Below, piece after piece: positions 42,001-52,709 of a stretch of DNA of 64,000 nucleotides. The notes below the pieces were generated by a model that saw nothing but the letters and a program-made list of their open reading frames with translations, searched no databases and was not told where the DNA came from. The position numbers and the translations under genes were made by a program. The first letter of the stretch is position 1, and the number at the start of each line of letters is the position of its first letter. Source of the stretch: Utricularia gibba (lineage: Eukaryota > Plantae > Magnoliophyta); assembly GCA_002189035.1 (NCBI GenBank), contig CM007991.1, positions 4,278,001 through 4,342,000 on the forward strand, given 5' to 3'.

Positions 42001-43109
42001 TTTGTCGAATATCTAAACCGAATATCTAAACCGCACACTACAAGATTGATGATGATGAATGAGGTACGACGACGATAGCAAGTCGATGCTCTGTTCGACT
42101 GCAAGAGCGTGTGATATATATTCCACAGAATGGAACAGTCTCCACAAAATGTGGATCCAACTCCATTTGAGTGAGTCAAATACCTTAAATTTCTGGATAA
42201 CACCAAGACCAAGTTAGTTCAATGGAATGGATTATGTGTGGGTTTAAGATTATTGGAATAAATATAACTTGATCAGATGAATATTTTTGTGGTTAATGGA
42301 TTTATGAATGAAATTATTTTGTAATTTATTTATTTATGTTACTTTTTATTAAAATTAATGAAATTATTTTGTAATTTATTTTTTTATGTTACTTTTTATT
42401 AAAATTAATACATTATTTTTCGTTAAATTTTTTAGGATAAAATTTTCTGCTCTTTCTCTTGGATATTGTGAATCTGAAAAGAATTCATCCTTTGAAAGAA
42501 GAAGCTCCACTAATTTGGCACAAAAATTTTCTTTAGTTTATTACAAAGCATAGGTATGAGATTTTTCATTAACTTTTGATTTATTTTTTTTTGTTTATTA
42601 GTTTGCGTTTCAATTCAGTCGTATTGCATTTCATTGTATTATTGATGCTGTAAATAAAGTTTTTATTTTGAAATGTATATATGGTTTGTATATTGTGATT
42701 AATTTCATCTCATTCTTTTCTTTTTTACAATTTTGTCAGTGTAATTATTAATTCCAACACTCAAATAAGGTACAATATTTTATAATTTTTCAATAGTTTT
42801 TTATGTTGGTTGAATGACCATATTCTCTTTTTTTTTACTATATAAATTTGTGTTGATTACCAGGTAAAATGATTTTTTTATGAAACCCTTAGATCAATCA
42901 TGATTCTCTAAATGTATTGTTTGTTGGTGTTATTTAATGATATCAATTTTGTGTTTTGAAAGCTAATACCTTCTTTTAGAAAATCACATTTTTATTTTGA
43001 ACCATATTGTGTTCTATTATGGTTTCATGCAATTATTCATATGGTAAGTATATAGTCGTAGAAAAATGGAATTTTGAAAAATATGTGATTGTTAATAATT
43101 TTACCAAAA

Positions 43110-43287
43110 AACTCATGACAATAAAAAATCAATCTAATTCAATTAGTAAACGTGGCTGGACACCACATGAAGAATATCGTTTATTGCAGCTTACAAACAA
43201 GCTATATTACTCATGTAAAGGAATGAGAATGGTTTCCATCCTGGTTTTCAAGATGCCCCTGCAAGAGAATTACACAAAATACAAAAA
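43110..43287 (+). mobile_element. PIF/Harbinger ORF1 (Myb/SANT-like) remnant, truncated by the AP1M fragment
   Basis: KRGWTPHEEYRLLQL followed, after a frameshift, by NENGFHPGFQDAPARELHKI, resembling Harbinger Myb/SANT W-T-x-E-E...ENGF-x-PG motif. Confidence 0.55.
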
Positions 43288-43955
43288 AGGTGTGTGCGCT
43301 TGACTTGTTTTGAAAATGGTCGGGCAATTTCCTTCATACCACCTAACAGATCCTTTGATCTCATGACCTACAGGCTCGGCACCCAGGAAAAGAGATGACT
43401 TACAGCCAGTTTTTGTGAAGTGCGTTGGTTGAGACATGACATGCGGATAGTTAAAGGCTGTTCAAATTAATGTTTTTCAGGTCAAGCCTCTAGTTTGGGT
43501 AGAAGCTCAGGTAGAAAGGCATTCTCGGAGCAGAACATAAATTGTAGTAAAAGCTAGAAGCCAATTCAAGGAACGTAGGTATGCCAAGCCAACAATCTTT
43601 GTTTGCATCTTTTCTCTGTGTTACTTTTCAATAGTCTCATACCTTGTAATTTATTTCAGTTCTGCAACTAATGTGGAAATTGATTTGCCAGTGCCCTCAG
43701 ATGCTACAAATCCAAATGCCGGCAGCATATGTACCAGAAAGCGTTGCGTTAGCTTGGAAAATAAAATCTTTTGCAGGTGGTAAGGTACGTATGCATTTTG
43801 ATTTACACATTGCACTTTTTATCATTTGCTGTTTTTTTTTTACTCAAGAAATGTATGCTGAGAGCAAAGTTCATACTTCTCAGTACAACAACTGAGGAAC
43901 TGGGTCCCGAGAGGAAGGCTCCTATCAGAGTGAAATTTAAAATTTCATATTTTAC
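43288..43955 (+). pseudogene. AP1M: AP1M partial duplicate (exons 7-10 with introns), pseudogenised
   Basis: Collinear with 38741-~39470; exon 7 differs at 9 of 97 nt; donor GT changed to GA after exon 7; premature TAA at 43538-43540 in exon 8; deletions in intron 7, exon 9 and intron 9. Confidence 0.9.
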
Positions 43956-44140
43956 TTTGTTCTAAGGTATGTGCATTTGGGTATCTGGTGTCATATATTC
44001 ATGGCATACTTACCGTGTGAGCATTATGGTTCGGGTTCAAGCTATTTGTGGTCTTCCTCTTTTCTACAAGGATGGATACACCTGATAATCTGCCAAAAAT
44101 TGTTGATATTCGTGGTCAGCTCTTAGTTACGAGTAGCATA

Positions 44141-47100
44141 GGAGATGTTTTACACTATAATAAATTAAGTTATAAGTAATAGTAATTAAAAGTTAACTTA
44201 AAGTAAAAAATAAAAAGGAGTTATTTGTTTTAGTTTATTTATGAAAGTTATAAATAAAAATTAAGAATATTTAATATAATTTTCAAAATTTATAAATCAA
44301 AGTCTAAAATACTCTTATATTCAAATAAATATTTTTAATAATATAACTTATATTTATTATTTCTATATAATTATAATTCAATATTTTTAAGTTATGTATA
44401 TATATATATATAATAAATTAATATTTTTTTTACATATTTTAATTTATTTGATAATATTTATATAGTTATATAAATTGCAATATATAAGAAATTAATATCA
44501 ATATAAATTTTATTCAATCATAATAACATGCATAATAAATGATAGATTAACTTATATAAATTCTGAAAACAAACAAAAGATAAACTAAATTTGATACTAG
44601 CAACACCTTTAATTCATCCTATTAATTGATGCATATATTGCATCACTTAGGAAAATTCATATATCCATCTTGAGTTAAGTATAGTAAAACTTATGCTACT
44701 AGTATAGGTGTTTGAATATTGTATGGTGCAGTCCAATTATCAATTTTAAAATATAAGAAATCAAGATCATTTATATCACATCTCTTGATAAAATTGCAAA
44801 TTGTTATAGTTATTGATACAATAACTACTTGATCTTATCATGAAAATCTCCAAGTACAATTATCAAATTTTATCTTTCATACACCAAAACATCGCTCAAT
44901 TATAAAACTTAGCGATGAGTATTGAGAATTATATATCTCTATAGATTTCTAGTTTGTGGATTAGTATGAAACTCTTCTAAATGGTATCTTTCACCTCTAT
45001 ATAACATCAAAAGTGTAGTATTCATATATCGAGAATCAGTAAAGAAATATTTACTCGGTGGTAACAATGAAAAATTATTATCAATTGAGTGCATAACTCA
45101 TGATAATATTAAAGTGTCATGCAATTGTTCTTCATATCTTAAAACTACAAAGATGACAAGCATATTAAAATCACATACTACAAAAATATTCTATGTGACC
45201 TCACGGTATTTACAAAAAAATGGACGTCTATTTTCCTATTTAATTCTTGTAAGAATATGAGTATCATCAATGGCATCAATCACATATTGAAAATGGGGCC
45301 AAAATCGAGAATAATTTCTAATTTTTGTAGGTACAGTCAACATATCACTGATTGAAAGTATGAATTCAGAAATCATATTTGTACAAACATCAAAAATTGT
45401 ATGAAAACATTGCCTTATAATATATCTAGAATGTTGGAACCATTCTTGAAGCAAACGATTACTACATTTCAAATACATTGGTAAGAAGTACGTCATCACT
45501 TGTTTTTCAACAAAGATTATATGTGTGGCTATTAGACCATAGCATTCATATAAAACACTACATAGCTTTTGACATGTTTTTCATTTTATTCGAAATAGTT
45601 AGTATGAGTGAATTTAGTAGTCTTCCAAAATACCTTTTGACCATGTAACTCCATATAGCTTTCTATCTCGACAAGATATTCTTACAAAAGCACATTAATA
45701 AAATTCAAGAATGAATTATGCTATTGTCACTATAACAGAGACTACTTCAACATTTGGAATATCAAATTCATCTTCAGAATTATTGGTATAAAGGGAAGAA
45801 TTGCTAGAAAAAGATATGAATGTGAAGTGCTTTAAAATAAAGTATAACATTAACTTTAGAAATGAAAAAATGTGGAATCTTTGTAAGAAATCACGTGGAA
45901 TAATTATAGAAACGTACATGCAATTGTCATTAAAAAACAAATACAACTATTAAAGCACATGGAATTGATGCAATAATTCAACTTTAAAATTTTTTTGTCA
46001 AACATCTAGATGAAATAATTCAACTTTAAAAAAATTGGTGTTCTTAGTATTTTTTCAAATTCATCTACTAACATTAAAATAAAATACTTTAAATTAGAAC
46101 TCTTATATACCCTAATAAATATCATTATTTCCTTATTATTTGTTATATTCATAAAATCTTCACGATAAACAATTTTACCAAACGCCAATATAGTAGCTTC
46201 AAACACACTTGGATCCTCTCGTGTCTCTGGAATTTCCTTTACTATATCTAAACCTTAGTAATCGAAAGTACCTTTAGTCTTTGAGGCACAGATGAATAAG
46301 ATTCAGCTTTAATTGATTTGTTAAATATGCAACTAACTCAACAAACTTTTCTCTTGTTTCTTTCATGGTTCTTCATTGGCATTTGTTTTCCATATTAGCA
46401 ATGTTCACATCAATTTCCACACTTCCGTGAACTTTAATGGATTAGAAGTAAATTTATATAATATATCATTAATTAAATAATAATCAACTCATTGTAGACT
46501 ATCATAAAATAATGGTTGTTCATTTTTTACCCAACATCAATATTGTTGAAAAAGTAATCATCTTGAATATTTATCATATCTAAGTCAGTTGATATATTAC
46601 TATCATGAGTAAAGCAATCAACTTCGGTCAATGTACGATAAGGTGCTCATGGAGGGACCTTGCCATTTCCAGTATTCCATACCGTATCAGCAATAGCAGT
46701 CATTATTGTGAAGATGATACTTTGCAATTCAAAATAAACAGGTGGATTGATCTTGAATTGGTTGTATCATGGCATCTCCTAGTAAATACACAATAGTTGA
46801 GTTATAATATATTTATCATTTATACATAAGTATAAATAAAATAAAATCAACTTAATCATTCTTGATCACCATTCATATGTTATGTTTATGATTCCCAAGT
46901 TGTCATCTCAACCACTTCTAATGGTCTTTTAAAGCCTAATCCATATATATCAATCTTTTTTCATTGTATTGAATTTATTTTTCAGTTGTTTCATCACATA
47001 ACGATGCCCCGTTCTTTCATTGAACTCCTTCAAAATCCCATGCCACCTTTGAAAATTGAAACATGTTCCAAGCATATTGTTTCATAAACTTGATGTGCAT

Positions 47101-47775
47101 AAGCTTCCAAACATATATAAGTTACATTTTCATCATAAGCATCACTAGAGGTAGGTTATATCATTCAAATATAAACATCTAATACTATTTCAAATGTACT
47201 TTCAAGAACATAAAATAAATTAACAAAATTGTCATATAAAAAAATTTCTAGCATCTAATACATATCAAAACAAAATTATAACTTGCAAATTCTACCATCA
47301 ATTAGCAAAACTTATAGCAAACTAATGACTATTTTTATTTAACAAAGCTTTTATAAATTATAATTATGTTTGTTGTATTTTAACATCTCCCACAAACAAT
47401 ATTTAACAGTAAAAATAAATGAATTGAATATTGTGTTTTAATACAAAAATCAAATTTTAAAATCATCCCCAAATCACCAATGATACTATATTTTGTATTT
47501 AAATAAACACACATTTCAAAAAGTTTCACACTTGAATAAATACTCATTTTGTATACTCAAATATCAGCTCTATAATCTTTAAAGAAAGTCTAAACCAGAA
47601 ATGTATTGCAAACTTCCACAAAAATGTTATTGAAGAAGTGTCTTGAAAAAGAAAAAATTCTGTCATTTTATATTTTAATATAAGGGAATTTAAGTTATTT
47701 TACAGGATTTTATTTATTTAAGTTATAATTAAATAAATATATACCTACTTTTTAAAAACTACTTATAAGTAACTT
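44141..47775 (-). mobile_element. Degenerate PIF/Harbinger DNA transposon with Myb/SANT ORF1 (~47150-46200) and DDE transposase (~45900-44700); boundaries approximate
   Basis: ORF1: RWHGILKEFNERTGHRYVMKQLKNKFNTMKKD; transposase: SNRLLQEWFQHSR...SRFWPHFQYVIDAIDDTHI (ORF 45236..45499), SKYFFTDSRYMN..YRGERYHL, IERCFGV. Confidence 0.78.
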
Positions 47776-47779
47776 ATAA

Positions 47780-48301
47780 ATCATGGGATCACCACTGTAA
47801 TATAAAGATGAAAAACAAACCTCAAAAGTTAATATCATGTTTGCACCAAATCCAATCTGAAGCAACATACTGATCAAGATTGATGACGATGTCTTCAGCT
47901 TGGGCATCCTCTTCTGGATTCAGCTTTTTGAGAGTTGGAAGACAAACTGTCTCAGGCATTTTGTCAAATATCTGAACCGCGCACACAAAGGAATGAGATA
48001 CAACGATGATAACAAGTCGATGCTCTGTTCAACTACAACAGTGTGCAATATATATTCCACAGAATGAAATAGTTCTCCAGGAGATGTGGAACGCGACAAC
48101 GCGAATCCTACGTTTGATCCAACTCCATTTGAGTGAGTCCAACACCTTAAATTCCTGGATAAGACCAAGGGCACGTTTAGTTCAATGGAATGATGTGTTA
48201 TAATTTTATAAAGTATTTGTAAAATAATGTGTTTGATTTATTGGAATAAATATAGCTTGCTTAGATTTATGTTTGTTTTGTTAATGGATTTACAAATGAA
48301 A
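47780..48301 (-). pseudogene. TAA1: TAA1-like 5' partial duplicate (promoter, 5'UTR, exon 1, intron 1, first codons of exon 2)
   Basis: Collinear with ~41810-42311; ATG at 47959; exon 1 47959-47871 (8 mismatches in 89 nt plus in-frame 12-nt indel); GT/AG intact; reading frame runs into flanking TE sequence and stops at TAA 47754-47752. Confidence 0.9.
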
Positions 48302-48312
48302 AAGAAACTGAT

Positions 48313-49580
48313 GTGCTTCACTCTTCAGTGGACATATTAACAACACGAAAACACACTATACTCACTATTGTAACCAATAATCAAAGGGACATGGTATGGC
48401 TACTGGATAGTGGCTTTACAAATCATATAACAAAAAATCCTTCCATATTTATAAACTATATTCCTTCAAAATCCAAATTTATAGAGATTGCAGATGGAAC
48501 AAGCATACCAATTTTGGATGAAGGAACGGTGAAGCTGGACACTTTGGCAAAAATCATATACATCCTAGATGTATTCTATGTTCCAGCTGAATCTCACAAC
48601 TTGCTCAGCCTAGGACAATTAGTAAGCAAAAACCTTAATGTTGTGTTCACTAATAATTCATGTGTAGTCTCAAATGATGCAGGAAAAGAGATCATAAAGT
48701 GTTCCCCATAAATTTTTTATGAAACAGCTCACAGGTTCCTCACACTTGCTTGAGTGCTCAGTCAAAGGAAAATATGATACTGTGGTACCGTAGGTTTGAG
48801 CATCACAATCAAGCAAGATTACTGAAATTTTGTAAAGGAAATCTAGTGAGCAGCATGAATGATGTAACTACTGTAAATGAGTGCTGCAAAATGTGCAAAC
48901 TTGGTAAAATGAGCAGCTTACCATTTCAAAGAAGTTGTTGGATTGCATCTACGCCGCTAGAGATAATCCATTCAGATGTGTGCAGACCAATAAAACCTAC
49001 AACAAGAGGAGGAAATCATTATTTTGTGCTATTCATTGATGACTATACCAAATTTTCTTGGGTCTACTTCATGAAGTCACGAGTAGAGGTGGTCTCCAAG
49101 TTCAGAATCTTCAAGACTGCAGCTGAAATCAGTGTGGTCACAAGATCAAATATATTAGGTCCGATAATGGAGGTGAATATGTACCTCACGAACTGAGGGA
49201 ACTCTGTGAGAAGGAAGGCATCACACACCAATTCGTTGCCTCCTATACCCCCCAGTAGAACAGAGTCAGTGAAAAATAAAATCGAACAATACTTGATATT
49301 ACCAAATGTCTCTTGTTTGAAAGAAATGTACCTAAGATCTTTTAGGAAGAGGCTGTAAATTGTTCAGTATATCTGCTGAACATACTACCTACAAGAGGTA
49401 CGGTAGAGCTTAAAACCCCATATGAACTTTGGACAGAAAGAGTACCTACTGTGGATCATCTCAAAATTTTTAGTTGCATATGCTTTCGGCTAATACCAAA
49501 TGCAATGAGATCCAAACTGGATAAGAAAAGTCAATTAAGAATCTTTATGGGATACATCTCAACTTCGAAAGCTGAAGTCA
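48313..49580 (+). mobile_element. Ty1/copia pol remnant (protease, GAG-pre-integrase, integrase)
   Basis: WLLDSGFTNHIT, DVFYVPAESHNLLSLGQL, LWYRRFEH, CKMCKLGKMSSLPF, LEIIHSDVC, FIDDYTKFSWVYFMK; no LTRs identified. Confidence 0.85.
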
Positions 49581-52500
49581 AACTTCTAAAGTTTGCTAAA
49601 GAGTGGTGTACTTTAGTCAATAAATGATGTCAAATACTACAACTAGAAACATAGACCAATCTCTTATGAAGTTATGATTAGGTATGGAGTACTTACATGC
49701 GGCACAACATAAAGACTAATAAGAATGAATTACTTGAAGCTCCATCCAAAATCCTTGAGTCCAAATCCATTCAGTCTTTTATGTCTGTAAATTAAAAGTC
49801 AACTAAGGATCACCAAAATAGCCAACTTGACTCCTTGAGCTATATTAAAAAGCAAGGGTCAGAGGCCTTCAAGAGGTCTTAATTCACTAGAAGGGATATT
49901 CACCTACGTAAGCTACCTTTGAAGATTTATGTGTTTTAGGAACATTTTTTTTAGAGCTATTAGTGTTATCGGAAGCATAGTAGAATGTCATGAGAACTAA
50001 GGGATGCATCAGTAATGGTAATAATTAAAGCACCTAGAGTAAAGTGTAGATGTCACATGAGAAGTTAAGGAGACAACAGTACAATCAGCCAACAACATCT
50101 AAAAGAAAAAAAAGAATAAACAGACAATAGCACCTTCAAGGCAATCTATATCATAAGAAGAAAAGTTATTCTAGAAACTATGATCTTATTCTAGTATTTT
50201 CTTTTACAAGGATGCTCTATAAATAAAATACAGGGAAAGTTTGAGAACCAACTTTGTTCCTTCTTTCACCATAGGTCGAAAGAAGGTAGTGGATCTTCAA
50301 CCAGTATTAGATGATTTGGTTGAGTTTTTTGTTTTTATTTAACTTCAGAAGCATGTGAATAAATCACAAGTTAAACTACATAATTGAGTTTTCATTCCCT
50401 TTGCAATGAAGATAAAACAAGTAATATTAATATCCAAATATTAGAAATAACTCAAAGAATTTTGAAACAATCTAGTATTGATGAAAGCAAATTGAATAAA
50501 TTCAAAATATTGGAAGACAACGTTCAAAATAAGAATAATGTGTAAAAGAGACAACAAACCAACACATTCAATGGAATCAATAACTATGTTAGAGTAGATA
50601 AAATGAATATAACAATTTCATATCCAAAATGATGAAGTAGGTCCTATCCCTTCAAGATTGCACCATTAGCAAGGATAAAAAGAGATTCAAACTTGAGTGT
50701 AGTACTTGATGCCAGTTTGGAAGAATATTAATGTAAGGAACATCCATATAGAAACCCCATTTTCTTAGGATTTCAAACATATTAACACTTGAAATAAACC
50801 TAAAACTCAAGAACATCATTTGCATTATATTAGATTTTAGAAATTTCTTTGAATCAAAATTATTATTGTTTAAGAGTCTCAATCATTTTCATTATAATTT
50901 TTTTTCTTGTTATAGATATATCTAATAATAATATATCTATTGTATGTTACTGAGATTTTATAAAAGGTAAAATTTTAAAAACTATTACAAATATCATACT
51001 TTTGTAAAAAGAGTTGAAAGGTATAAAAACAATGAATAAAACTTTAATGATGATCTTTGATTAAAGGAAAAGTTTTTGGGAAGAAAATATGTTTCTTTCT
51101 TTATTTCTTCTTATCTTAATTTTTATTAATTTATTCCAAATAATCGATTATTGAAAAAAGTAATAAATTGTACTCTTTTATGCTCTTACACAAAAAGATA
51201 TGATAATAGTATCATGTTATTACTCCTGAATTATTGAGAATACAAGAGAATTATTGTATATTTCTCTTAAAACTGAATTATACACGTGTGCTTCACCATT
51301 AACAAGGGTCATTGTACAAAGTCACTACATATTTCATTAACAAAATATTACAGCCGTAAATAATTTACTATCTTCCTTCATCAAAAAAATAAGAGATAGT
51401 ACACTTTATCTTGTTCTAAATCAAAATCCACAAATGGTAGCCAACTCATGAACTAAAACTTAGAGAATTGAAAAAATTCAGAAGAAATCGAACAAACAAT
51501 CAAGATTTTGCACTCAAAATATACAAAATAGCTTCACCAATTCCTAGAAGCTAAAATATTTAGCCATGAATAATCACAACAAAACGAAAGTAAAATTAAA
51601 ATGAAAGTCCTCTTCATTTTCCCTAAAGATGAAAACCAGAACAAAAATCCCAACAAATATTCAAGTTCGACTCCCCATAGTTCTGAATGTATTATTTTTA
51701 TTTCTTTTTATCTTATAATATTTCCTATGCATACAAACAACCCAATCTCCTAATTATTACAAGTAGTTCTGACACGTTGTCACGCATCATAAATTTTGTT
51801 GGCACATATCTCATGTTTTGATCTTTTTTTCCCCTCATTTTATTTCTTTACACTCAATTTGATGCCTAGCTGAAATTTCTATTCAAAAAAAGAAAAAATA
51901 CAATACAAAAACTAACAAATACAAAATAATTGTATTTCTAATAAAAATTTAACGATACTTAAATTACTTCCTAATTGAATGATTTAATCCTACATTATAA
52001 TTAATTTTTTTATTCCATAAATCTCAAAAATTCGATTGTATATTCTTGAACGCATCTAAAGCCTCGGTTACATTGTTAATATTTCTAAAGGAGATTGATT
52101 ATCCTCCTAATTTAGAGCTATGAATTCTCCAATCCGAAATAGTTTCGTACATGAAGTTCTTATCAGTGCTTTTGACCTCCTCTTGATTGTTAATATTTTC
52201 TTTCCTACGAAACCAAAATTCCTCCTTTCAAATGGTAAGCCACCATTTTTATTCGTTGAGCTTCCACATCAGAAGTCGACTGTAAGAATTCTTGCATTTA
52301 GAAGGAGCCATCAAACGACGGTATATCCATCCACCTTGAGTTTAAAGTTGCTACTGCAACCTGTCAGAATCGATCCCAGCAATAAAATTCTTCTTCTTTG
52401 GTGGGAGACGGGCTGTTCTGCCTGCATTTCTAAGTTCCTCATCACCAGAACATGGGCATGGTCTTGGTTCCTCAGCAAGCAAGGATCAATGATTGAGAAG

Positions 52501-52709
52501 GGAAAGAGTGAACTTTTTTATTGACTAAGGACAAGCTATAGTTACAACAAACGCACATGCATAGAACACCGAACACAAGCACGTTAACAAGAAAGCATTA
52601 ATAAGAAAAATGAATAGTCTTGGAACAATAAATAAGGAAATCTTCTTCATAATTCATGCATCCAGAGCATCACTTTGCCTTGCCTTCATGAACATGAGAC
52701 GATCTGGGG

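Noticed and set aside
44003-44052. U1 snRNA-like signals (ATACTTACC and ATTTGTGGT Sm-like site)
   Set aside because: Only 9 nt match the U1 5' end. The spacing to the Sm-like site is ~35 nt rather than ~120 nt, and U1 stem-loops and USE/TATA are absent.
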